NCBI RefSeq assembly: GCF_001194135.2
Contig: NC_068982.1
Location: forward strand, 186,814,915 to 186,860,577
Source: Octopus bimaculoides
Taxonomy: Eukaryota
Length of the DNA: 45,663 bases
Direction of reading: 5' to 3'
Shown: positions 33,898-43,016 of the stretch, in pieces
Layout: the number at the start of each line of letters is the position of its first letter
How positions within the stretch are numbered: position 1 is the first letter of the stretch
Program-made: the position numbers and the translations under genes
The notes under the pieces: model-generated
Database searches by the model: none
What the model was told of the DNA's origin: nothing
What the model saw: only the letters and a program-made list of their open reading frames with translations

Positions 33898-36551
33898 CTC
33901 CAAATTATTCTATTCATCCAGATATAATTGCATCAGTAGCCAGAATTAAATCAAGGTGTATTTTGCTGAAGAAAAACTTAGAACAGCTGAAGCAATTGGC
34001 TTTGAAGGCAGAGCAAAACAAGGTAAACCTACAGAAAGAGTTGGAAAATCAAAAGAGCTGTAAAACTTTAGCACTTCATCAATCATCTCCACATCAATTA
34101 TCTCTGGACCAAATTACAGGACTTGAACGAGAAATATTACAACTGTCTATTATTCAAAATGTAGCTGAAGTAAGTATTCCATTAATTTAGTAACTTCATT
34201 TACTAGAGCTCTCTTTCGAAGAAGGTAACAAACTCCTCTCGATTGTCAACCGCCATCATCATCATAATCATCGTCGTTTTACGTCTGCTTTCCATGCTGG
34301 CATGGGTTGGATGGTTTGACTGAGGGCAGGCAAGCCACAAGACTGCACCAGGTTCCAACCTAATCTGGTAAGGTTTCTACAGCTGGATGCCCTTCCTAAC
34401 GCCAACTACAGGTGCTTTTTATGTGCCATCAGCATAGGAGCCAGTCTGGTGGGATTAGCAATGACCATGCTCAAATGGTGCCTTTTACATGCCACTGGCA
34501 CGGGGGTCAGTCAGCAGGTATTGGCATCGACCATGTTTGGTCGATGATTTTTATGTGCCACCAGCATGGGAGCCAGTCATGCGGGCCTGGCATCAACCAC
34601 GTTCAGATGGTGCTTTTTACATGTCACCAGCACTACACTCTCTGAGTGGTTGGCGTTAGGAAGGGCATCCAGCTGTAGAAACTCTGCCAAATTAGATTGG
34701 AGCCTGGTGTAGCCATCCGGTTGCACCAGTCCTCAGTCAAATCGTCCAACCCATGCTAGCATGGAAAGCGGACGTTAAACGATGATGATGATTTACGTAG
34801 AATACGCATTGTTTGATTCAAACAACCATTTCTTATTTTCTGTATGTTGGGCCTCACAGAGGCAATGACTGAGACCTTTTGGCATTATGTCGTGCTTGAG
34901 AAGAAGACCCATCAAGCCGAGCAAAATCGCAGTCATGGCAGATACCGGTGTCACAAATGGCACCCATGCCAGTGGCACGTAAAAGCTCCTGTTACACTCT
35001 TGGAGTGGTTGGCCTTATGAAGGGCATCCAGTCATAGAAAACCATGCCAAAATAGACTGGAGTCTGGTACAGCTTGCCAGCCCAAGGATGACAGATGTTA
35101 GATGATTATGATGACAACGATGACAATGATGATCAGCACTCTGAATTTTATGTTGTTTTATGGAGTTTAAAATTTTTCTCTTTCTCTAGCAACGGATTAA
35201 GCTTTTGGAACAAGCCCTAACAATAGAGAAGAAACAAATGGAGAGATTAGAGACGGCCTTAAAAGTAAGTGAGTAAACTTTATTTCAAAGTCTGTGTTTA
35301 TGTGGGGACTGTTATGGTAGTTGAAGATAATGTGGCCGTTTCAACATGGTCACAAATTTAGATAAGTTTGTTTGATGTAACCAGGAGAGGGATCTGATAT
35401 TTTAGGGATACCTTTTCAATCTAAGACTATTGTACTCTCTCAGACTAAAGGGACATTTTGGAGACAGTCCTCAAAATGCCGGTTTTTTCATTCTCCCACA
35501 AAATACAAACTTATTCAAATAATATTGGTAGTGGTGGCGCCAGCAGTGGTGGTGGTTGTTAAATTTTTCTGAGTTCATTCGTTTGTTAATTTCTTTTAAT
35601 TTTTTAATTTTCAAATTTTAATCTTTCTAATTAAATTTTTTCAGTACTATCCATAATTATAGGCACATGTATGGCTGTTTGGTAAGAAGCTTGCTTCTCA
35701 AACACATGGTTTCGGGTTCAGTCCTACTGTGTGGCACCTTGGGCAAATGTCTTCTAAAATAGCCTTAGGCCCACTAAAGCCTTGTGTGTAGATTTGATAG
35801 ATGGAAACTGAAGGAAGCCCATCGTGTATATATATATTGAGAGAGGGGTGTGTGTATGTGTTCATGCTTTTATAGCCAATTGGAACCTGAGCAACTCCTT
35901 CAGCTGGCCAGTTCCTGTCAAACTGTCCAACCATGCCAGCATGGAAAGCAGATTTTAAATGGTGATGTGTGTGTGTGTGTATTTGTGTGTTCCCCACCCC
36001 ACTGCTTGAAAACTGGTGTTGGTTTGTTTAGTTCCCTTGTGATTTAGTGGTTCAGCAAAAGAGAACCAATAGAACAAGTGCCAGGGTTTGCGAAAAAGAA
36101 ACAAAATAAGTCCTGGTGGGGTGGGGGTCGATCTGTTTGACCAACAATTCTCCAAGGTGATGCCCCAGCATGGCCGCAGTCTAATGACTGAAACAAATAA
36201 AAAAAATTGAAGGATAACTCCCTTGTCTTTCTATTTCCAGTCATTCACCCATCAAAATGGTGCCGACATTAACATGCAGGACGTTTTCACTTTAACGGAA
36301 CCACACAGCAAATGTCATCATCTCGACTCTTCGGCAAACAAAAGACAAATTGCTGGTACCACGTCGACAGACTGTACAAGTTCTTCTTTGCTGAACTGTA
36401 ATAACCTCCAAGAACTGTTTGCTCAACTCCAAAGAGAATTCTGTCAGCTGACATGGTAGGAAGCGCCATTGTTTGTGTTTGATGGTGTGTTAAGAAGTTT
36501 GCTCACCAACTGCACGGTCCTGGGTTCTGTGCACGCTTGTTGCTTGTGCCC

Positions 36552-36607
<56 letters not shown>

Positions 36608-39600
36608 TTAACATCTGTTGTCCATGCTGGCATCGGTTGGACAGTTTGACTGGGCTGGAAGGCTGCACCAGACTCTAGTCTGATTTGGCATGGTTTTCTA
36701 CAGCTGGATGCTCTTCCTAATGCCAACCACTCCAAGAGTGTAATGGGTGCGTTTACATGCCACCGGCATGGATGTTAATTTGTGTGACACTGATATCCAC
36801 CACCACCACCACCACCACTACGATTCTGCTCAGCTTGATGAGTCCTCTTTCCAAGCACAACATAATGCCAAAGGTCTTGGTCATTGCCTCCATGAGGCCC
36901 AACACTTGAAAGGAACTCATCCACTTTGCCTCTGTGAGGCCCAATGCTCTAAAGGAACTCAGCCACTTTGCCTCCATGAGGCCCAACGTTCAAAAGATGT
37001 TCTCTATGTGCCACCAGCACAGGTGCACTTAGCTTGACGGGTCCTCTCAAGCACAGCACATCACCAAAGGCCTCGGTCACCAGTCATTGCCTCTGTGAGT
37101 TCCAAAGATCGATGATCATGCTTCACCACCTTCTCTCATGTCTTCCTGAGTCTACCTTTACCACAGGTTCCCTCCACAGTTAAAGATCAGCACTTCTTTA
37201 CACAGCTGTCCTCGGCCATATGCATCACATGACCATACCAGCACAGTCATCTCTCTTGCACACCACATCTGATTCCTCTTATGCCCAACCTTTCTCTCAT
37301 GACATTCACATTCTCTGAAGCATGCACTCTGACATTGCACATCCAGTGAAGCATACTGGCTTCATTTCTCTCAAGCCTACGCATGTCCAAAGCTGTCACA
37401 GCCCATGTTTCCCTGCCATGCAGCATAGCTGTTCGCACACAGGCATCAAACAATCTGCCTTTCCTTCTGAGAGAAAGGCCCTTTGTTGCCTGCTGGAGTA
37501 AGAGCTCTCTGAACTTTGCCCAGCCTAATCTTATCCTCAGCTACAGTCTTGGAGCATCCACCTCCACTACTAACTTGATCACCTAGATAACAGAAGCTAT
37601 CTACTACCTCTAGCTTGTCCCACCGATAGTTGATGGAGTCTATTTTCTGCACATTTTCAGTGTTTATTGTACCTGTGCATCTTCCACATACAAAAGTTTC
37701 CTTGTTAACCTTCCTCTGATGTTGCTGCACCTTTTATGTGTCCAAAGCTTGCACTGGGTGGATCTTATGGAGTTTCTATCTACACCTTTTCTCCAGATTG
37801 AGCAGGGCCATCTACCTGAAGGGATTTATGAACCCCCTTTGGTCATGAATGGCCATGGGATTGTGCCTAAAAAGTTCCCCCTTCCAAGGCACAAATCTGG
37901 GCATGGTTGTTTATGAAAGACCAGCGGTCGCCTGTGCATGCCAGCCTTCATATCATCAGAGATACCGGTCCTTTGTCATCTCCATCAAGCTCAGAGTCCT
38001 AAGGTCAGCCTTAACCAGTTTGTCCCAGCCACATTTAGCAATCACCGCTTCTTTGTACAGCTGCCTTCATCCATACACATCACGTGTCCATACCAGAGCA
38101 GCTTCTTTCTTTCACACATTTCTTTCCTCTGATGTCCAGTTTTTCACCCAACACCATTCTACTCTTTCATGCTGATTCTGCAGAGCATGCTCGCTTCATT
38201 TCTTTCCAATCTTTTCAAGCCATCTGCATTTAAGGCCCATGTCTCACTACCATGCAGCACTGCAGTCCTGACACAGACATCACCCAGTCTGCCCTTCACT
38301 CTTACAGGAAAGTTCTTTGTTTTTGTTATCAGCAGTGATTGTAGCTCCCTGAACTTTCTCCAATCAGTTCTCACTGTGCCTACAATACTTTCAAAGACAC
38401 CACTTCCCTTGCTAATTGCATCTCAGTAACAAAAGCTCACAGCTATTTCTAATGAATCATCTGGGCATTTAAGAGACTCAGTTTCTGGATGCTTGTATAT
38501 GAAATGCTCCAGTGCTGCTACCACATGTGAAGCTTACATTTTCAGATAATCAGCCAGTGCTTGTTCTACATCTCTTGTGTGTCCATAGCTTACATCAAGT
38601 ACAGTGTATAGAATAAACGTTACCACGCTGGGTGAAATGCTTAGCGGTATTTCATTTACCGTTACATTCTGAGTTCAAATTCCGCTGAGGTTGACTTTGC
38701 CTTTCATCCTTTCGGGGTCAATAAAATAAGTACCAGTTATGCACTGGAGTTGATGTAATCGACTTAATCCCTTTATCTGTCCCCTCTATGTTTAGCCCCT
38801 TGTGGGCAATAAAGAAATAAGTGTATGGAGTTTATTCCTACTCCTTTTTCATTTATCAAACGAGGCCATTTCTCTAAAATTACCAGGGTTTTGTCTTCTT
38901 TCCTACTTACTAAAACCTTGATCTTTACCTTAAGACCTCTCGATTCCAGTTTTAGTTTCCATGCCTGGAATTTCTTCTCTATTTCCCCCTCTTGGTTCAG
39001 CTATGAGCACCAGATCATCATATAGGAGTTCCCATGGACAGTCTGTCTTAAACTCCACTGTGATGGTTTGTAGGACCAATGAATAAGAGAGGACTGAGGA
39101 GAGAACCTTGAAGTACTTCTATGTTCATACTGAATTCATCCCTGAAGTCATTGCCAACCCTCACTTGCTGTGCATCCTTCTACATGGCTTGAACCCCCTG
39201 CACAAACCATTCGTCTTCTCCTAGTTTCTTCAGTCTCCACCAGATTACTGAATGTCAAATGCTTTCTTCAAACCAGCAAAAGCCCAGTATAGCAGTTTAT
39301 TCTTAGCCAGGTATTTCTGTAATTGTCTCACTAGAAAGATTGAATCTGTGGTGCCACTTCCAAGGACAAAGCCGAATTGCATCACATCCGTGTCTACATT
39401 ATTAAGGATCAGTTGGGCTCTGACTTGCTCTGTGACCTTCATAACTCAATCAAGAAGTTTGATTGCTCCAGGGGCTGGACAAAATAATGGAAACATCTTG
39501 TTAAATGGAATTTTTATTATTTAGTATGGAATTGATTTACCTTTGGCGTCAGTCACAGCTTTAATCATCATCATCATCATCATCATTTAATGTCCGCTTT

Positions 39601-41927
39601 CCATGCTAGATGTGCCACCTGCACAGGAGCCAGTCCAGCGGTACTGGCAACGAACCCGCTCAAATGTTCTTTCATGTGCCAAGAAGGCGACGTTGGTAAC
39701 GATCACACTCAAATGGTGCTATTTACGTGCCACCGGCGTGGAAGCCAGACAGCTGCTCTGGCGACAATCACGCTCGGACGGTGCTCTTGACGCTCCACTG
39801 GTACAGGTGCCATCATGATTTCGCTTTCGCTTGCCCCGACAGGTCTTCGCAAGCCGAGTTTAGTGTTCAATGAAGAGACGTTGGCATGGGTGCCAGGCTA
39901 CAAATTTAGTTCGATTTAGGAATTAATTCATAAAGGTTATGAATGCTTTTTACGGGAATTTGTGCCGTTCTTTTAGTAAAACCTGCTTTACTTCTTTCAG
40001 TGACACTGGCAGAAGGAAGTGGCTCCCTACTTATTGCTCCCAAATCCACCATAAATGTTTGCTTATATTGAGTTCTGGTGATTGAAAGGATCTGTTCATG
40101 TGGCCTGCTTTGCTCTTGTATTCTTTGTACCAATTTTGAATAACATTAGTCTTGTGAATTGACGCATTATCATCCTGAATGTAAATTTTGTAAACCATGG
40201 TGAAGGCAACTCCAAATAAAGTCTGAGTGTAGAGAGGATGGTTGAGTTCTGTGAGACAATCTCTTTAGTGGTGGTGGCATGGAAGAATGCACTCCGTCCA
40301 CCCTGTAATTTAAGTGGTGATAGCAAGGCTGTCCACTCCGAAAACCAATGCCACATGTAGAATTTTAATTTGATGAAGATGGTAATGATGATGACGTAAA
40401 TCCACATTCACTGAAGTAGTAGTAGTAGTAGTAATAGTAGTAGTGGTAATAGTAGTAGTAGTAATAGTAGTAGTGGTAATAGTAGTAATTAATATTCTTT
40501 ATTTCTTTTACTTGTTTCAGTCATTTTTGACTAAATTTGAATCTTAAAAATATTTGATTGACAGGAAACACCAGAATTTAACGAAACTGTATAACGAGAC
40601 ACATGAGAGCCAGTTACACGAAGACCTTGAGACAGAGATTGACAATCTCGTGGATCTGATGGAAACAAAAGCAAAGCAAATGGTTAAAATTCGCAAAGCC
40701 CTCTACCCGGTAAAGGAATCTATCAATAATTGCTTCTATTTTCGTTTTTTTTTTCACCTCCATCCCACAACACACAAACACACCCACATGCTCACACATT
40801 TCCACCACCCCCAGCATCCCTGCTGCTTAGGTATCTTTTCCTTTTTACCTTTTAGTCCTTTCATTTTATTTATTTATCTTTTTCTACTTTTATGTGAACA
40901 TTGTCGCCTGACTGGCTCCTGTGTCGGTGGCACATAAAAAGCACCATTCATGCGTGCTCAATGCCAGTACCGCCTGCCTGGCCCTCATGCTGGTGGCACG
41001 TAAAAAGCACCCACTACATCTTGGAATGGTTGGTGTTAGGAAGGGCACCCAGCTGTAGAAACTGCCAGATCAGATTGGAGCCTGGTGCAGCCGCTGGCTT
41101 TCCAGACCTCAGTCAAACCGTCCAACTCATGCCAACATAGAAAGCGGGCGTTAAATGACGATGATGATGATGATTGCCGCCTGACGGGCTCCCATGCCAG
41201 TGGCACATAAAAAGCATCATTCAAGCGTGATCGATGCTGGTGCCACCTGACTGGTTCCCTTGCCGTGGCATGTAGAAATCACCCACTACACTCTTGGAGG
41301 AGTGGTTGGCGTTAGGAAGGTCATCCAGTTGTAGAAACCTTGCCGAATCAGATTGGAGCCTGGTGCAGCCTCCTGGCTTGCCAGTCCTCAGTCAAACCAT
41401 CCAACCCATGCCAGCATGGAAAGCAGACATTAAATGACGATGATGATAATGTGGATGACATATATAATAAATTAAAATTGTACACAAATACAATTGATAT
41501 TTTCTATTCTCTTTACTTTTAACAGTGACAAAGCAGGGAAGAGGGGAAGTCTCTTATGTGTTAAGGATTTCACTCCGGGAGTCTTTGAAAGATCTTGTTT
41601 TATTTCCCTGCTTTATACACACACACACACACACAATGTAAAAATAATGTATTTCCATTTTTTCTCGATTCCATTTCGTATTTCTTCATTTCTCTTCAGC
41701 CAAAGAAAGAAACTAAACATGAAAAGAGGAAAAAACGAGAAACCAATCAATCATTGTGTAAAACCAAAACTGTTTCCTTAGGGAACCATTCAAGAACTTT
41801 GAAAAGGCCTTGCAGGAATTTACCACAGACAGGCTCAGAAAATGTTGGGAGAAAACCTCATCAAATTTCAAAAGATCCAAGAAAATTACAAGCTACGTTG
41901 CGTCAAGAGGATTTACGTTGGGTGTGA
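21770..41927 (+). CDS. CEP57: CEP57/translokin-like centrosomal protein, 13 coding exons, 642 aa, with a triplicated N-terminal exon block
   Basis: All 13 exons have GT-AG boundaries and compatible phases, total 1929 nt with no internal stop. CLD-like segments: PAYSFPKPNTQ-ALMTALRSFEKQMKNLESE; SRCILLKKNLEQLK; LDQITGLEREILQL...AEQRIKLLEQAL. MT-binding-domain-like segment: LQELFAQLQREFCQLTWKHQNLTKL...LETEIDNLVDLMETKAKQMVKIRK. C-terminus KLQATLRQEDLRWV*. Compared against the recalled human CEP57 sequence; orthology versus paralogy is unresolved. Confidence 0.85.
22090..22348. mobile_element. Fold-back MITE-like element: ~114-bp imperfect inverted arms, 29-bp spacer, TA termini
   Basis: 22091-22204 (aaagattatttgccaacataac...gtgtccttat) pairs with 22234-22347 (ataaggacac...gttatgttggcaaataatcttt). 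Confidence 0.75.
22805..22912. repeat. 49-bp duplication across a 10-N gap (assembly overlap), within a dispersed repeat also found at ~24800-24950
   Basis: aaacgatcgtactgcatcacctctggatatcctgttgcttattttgatt occurs on both sides of the gap. Confidence 0.8.
23200..23570 (+). mobile_element. Possible Penelope-like terminal-repeat fragment
   Basis: cctttgaaacgcggagtag...actgacgaagggg resembles the GAAACG/CTGA(C/T)GA hammerhead-like signature of Penelope pseudo-LTRs; no ORF. Confidence 0.35.
23718..23891 (+). CDS. CEP57-like exon 2 (A-type, 174 nt, phase 1-1): EFRAALRSFEEDLENEE...KRLTDPQ
   Basis: Polypyrimidine tract ttttccag| and |gtaata donor; open frame; homologous to exons 5 and 8. Confidence 0.8.
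24998..25780. mobile_element. Degenerate non-autonomous TIR element inserted in a (TA)n tract
   Basis: Starts cagtggtaact and ends agtcacctctg (reverse complement cagaggtgact, 9/11 match); (TA)n on both sides. Confidence 0.45.
26035..26575 (+). mobile_element. CR1-group LINE 3' end (ORF2 C-terminus plus tail)
   Basis: ELQAIQQSYTKKI..VSYWERLKKLRLYSLEQRQDRYAVIYI*KIL..VP...KLDLLLSRVPDEP...RAATSNS; tail ggtgccacagctcttgagctgaaactagaaaag; two in-frame stops. Confidence 0.8.
26583..26620 (+). pseudogene. Decapitated remnant of a fourth A-type exon (3' end plus donor)
   Basis: aaatgaaacatcagttaaaagattgacccatcctcaag|gtaataa matches the ends of exons 2 and 8 and the start of intron 2; no acceptor upstream (LINE tail). 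Confidence 0.75.
27563..27609 (+). CDS. CEP57-like exon 3 (B-type, 47 nt, phase 1-0): EPQQKTSSVIATKQVE
   Basis: tttatattgcag| and |gtaagt; homologous to exon 6. Confidence 0.75.
27792..28019. mobile_element. piggyBac-type MITE (TTAA TSD, CCC...GGG ends)
   Basis: ttaa|cccttttgatacca ... tggtaacaaaaggg|ttaa; TIR 13/14. Confidence 0.75.
28708..28864 (+). CDS. CEP57-like exon 4 (C-type, 157 nt, phase 0-1): MANLSDSS...PAYSFPKPNTQ
   Basis: tttctttggtacag| and |gtaaat; homologous to exon 7. Confidence 0.8.
29744..29917 (+). CDS. CEP57-like exon 5 (A-type, 174 nt, phase 1-1): ALMTALRSFEKQMKNLESE...APQQS
   Basis: tctttccag| and |gtaagt; best match to the start of the CEP57 centrosome-localisation coiled coil ([20 protein letters not shown]). 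Confidence 0.85.
30776..30828 (+). CDS. CEP57-like exon 6 (B-type, 53 nt, phase 1-0): EPEEKRSSVTTTKQKVDQ
   Basis: ttttatattacag| and |gtaagt; homologous to exon 3. Confidence 0.75.
31952..32117 (+). CDS. CEP57-like exon 7 (C-type, 166 nt, phase 0-1): VFSPPSCS...DISTGSYKKLP...PVYTFSETNIE
   Basis: ttttctttggtacag| and |gtaaac; shares QIF(E)DISTGSY(R/K)KLP with exon 4. Confidence 0.8.
32146..32398. mobile_element. piggyBac-type MITE (TTAA TSD)
   Basis: ttaa|cccattcatgccga ... tcggcatgaatggg|ttaa; perfect 14-bp TIR. Confidence 0.85.
32702..32878 (+). CDS. CEP57-like exon 8 (A-type, 177 nt, phase 1-1): ALMNSLKRYKQHVDVLESE...RLTHPQ
   Basis: tttctttgcag| and |gtaaga; homologous to exons 2 and 5. 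Confidence 0.8.
33080..33302 (+). mobile_element. Near full-length tRNA-derived SINE (second family); another copy at 38620-38822
   Basis: gttggcagaaacgttagcacgcc...ttctgagttcaaattccgctgaggtcgactttgcctttcatcctttcagggtcga...cccttgtgggcagtaatgaaataag. Confidence 0.8.
33922..34169 (+). CDS. CEP57-like exon 9 (248 nt, phase 1-0), coiled coil DIIASVARIKSRCILLKKNLEQLK...QNVAE
   Basis: ctattcatccag| and |gtaagt; resembles CEP57 ENKCNLLEKQLEYMR...LEKLDLLEQEYNKL. Confidence 0.85.
35190..35264 (+). CDS. CEP57-like exon 10 (75 nt, phase 0-0): QRIKLLEQALTIEKKQMERLETALK
   Basis: ttttctctttctctag| and |gtaagt; heptad coiled coil. Confidence 0.85.
36241..36455 (+). CDS. CEP57-like exon 11 (215 nt, phase 0-2): SFTHQ...LQELFAQLQREFCQLT
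   Basis: tctttctatttccag| and tg|gtagga; its end resembles the start of the CEP57 microtubule-binding domain. Confidence 0.8.
36554..37720 (-). mobile_element. 5'-truncated RTE LINE: ORF2 C-terminus, 3'UTR and (GAT)n tail
   Basis: Minus: FVCGRCTG..VVDSFCYLGDQV..FDACVRTAMLHGRETWAV..RRLERNEASML..GRLRKT..TEAMTGDRGLW, running contiguously into the repeat body and the (cat)n at 36554-36605. Confidence 0.85.
37930..38430 (-). mobile_element. RTE LINE ORF2 fragments
   Basis: RTDWRKFRELQSLL..KGRLGDVCVRTAVLHGSETWAL..KRLERNEASML. Confidence 0.75.
38980..39460 (-). mobile_element. RTE LINE reverse-transcriptase fragment
   Basis: MQFGFVLGSGTTDSIFLVRQLQKYLAKNKLLYWAFAGLKKAFD and QGSLLSPLLFI...PWELLYDDL. 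Confidence 0.8.
40413..40487. repeat. (TAG/TAA)n microsatellite
   Basis: gtagtagtagtagtaatagtag... Confidence 0.9.
40565..40709 (+). CDS. CEP57-like exon 12 (145 nt, phase 2-0): WKHQNLTKL...METKAKQMVKIRKALYP
   Basis: ttgacag| and |gtaaag; completes a Trp codon with exon 11; strong match to CEP57 ELEALVGRMEAKANQITKVRK. Confidence 0.85.
41700..41927 (+). CDS. CEP57-like exon 13 (terminal): PKKETKHE...KLQATLRQEDLRWV*
   Basis: ttcatttctcttcag| acceptor, phase 0; C-terminal motif resembles CEP57 KDMQSIQNSLQSSSLCW. Confidence 0.8.
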   Translation, partial: PKKETKHEKRKKRETNQSLCKTKTVSLGNHSRTLKRPCRNLPQTGSENVGRKPHQISKDPRKLQATLRQEDLRWV

Positions 41928-42481
41928 TTATCAGACGTGTGTCAGAGATTATCTCCTATTTTAAATCATTGTTGACAATTGAAAGGTACACAGAAACGAA
42001 TGACTTCAGCATTTCAAATCATGTCTTTTCTAATCAAGAATATTGGAATGGTTCTGCAAGACGTTGCAATATTCTATATGTTTTATTTTTTAAATATATT
42101 TATGAATCAATCAATGGAGTAAGATGCCCCTAATGAGCTGAGTCCCTCATTTGTCTTGATTCCTGGTTTTAGCTGAATTACTTTGTGGAAGTAGTTCTCA
42201 TTGTGCTGATTAGATTTATGCGTATTCTGTCATTTGAAATGTGGAGAATTCCAGAAAGTATCTGACTGTCAAAAGCGACTTAACTTGGTCCCCTGTCTCA
42301 AGTGCATTTGCATGGAACCAAGTATAGTTGGTTCCTGTGCAGCAAAGGTTAATACTGCTGAAAGAGATTCAAACAATGTTTAAATACCATTCCCTCTCTG
42401 AAATAATTCAGAGAACTTTTGCTTCATCCAAAGACCAAAATAGATTCTTTCATTCATTTTCCTAATTTACATTTCCATTGC

Positions 42482-43016
42482 TTAACCCTCTAGCATTCAA
42501 ACTGGACATATCTGGCCCAAATATTCCACATGTTTTATGTTCAAACTGACCAAATCCAGCCTCTTATACATAGCCTACAATGTCATGTTAAAAATGAGCA
42601 ATCACATCATTGAAATCTCAGAGCTATGAGATAAAGCATGATTGATTCAAGACATCATCGTTTAACGTCCGTTTTCCATGCTGGCATGGGTTGGACGGTT
42701 TGACTGGGGTCTGGGAAGCCAGGTGGCTGCACCAGGCCCCCCAATCTGATCTGGCAGTGTTTCTACAGCTGGATGCCCTTCCTAATGCCAACCACTCCGA
42801 GAGTGTAGTGAGTGCTTTTTACATGCCACCGGCACAGAAGCCAATCAGCCACGTTTGGATGGTGCTTTTTACATGCCACCGGCACAGGGGTCACAACTAC
42901 AGTTTCCATTTGATCATTGAAATCTCAGAGCCTTGAGACAATGCATGATTGATTCAAATCCATGTGAATAAATAAGCATTACATTGGTCAGAGTAATCTG
43001 AATGCTAAAGGATTAA
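42482..43016. mobile_element. piggyBac-type MITE carrying an RTE-tail repeat insertion (42653-42912)
   Basis: ttaa|ccctctagcattca ... tgaatgctaaagga|ttaa; TIR 12/14. Confidence 0.7.

Noticed and set aside
36456-36459. Exon 11 as a terminal exon ending at TGG TAG
   Set aside because: Splicing at tg|gtagga restores the contiguous CEP57 microtubule-binding domain with exon 12; read-through would at most be a minor truncated isoform.
36444-36678. Poly-Asp/poly-Ser and poly-His ORFs
   Set aside because: They are translations of (GAT/CAT)n retro-element tails.
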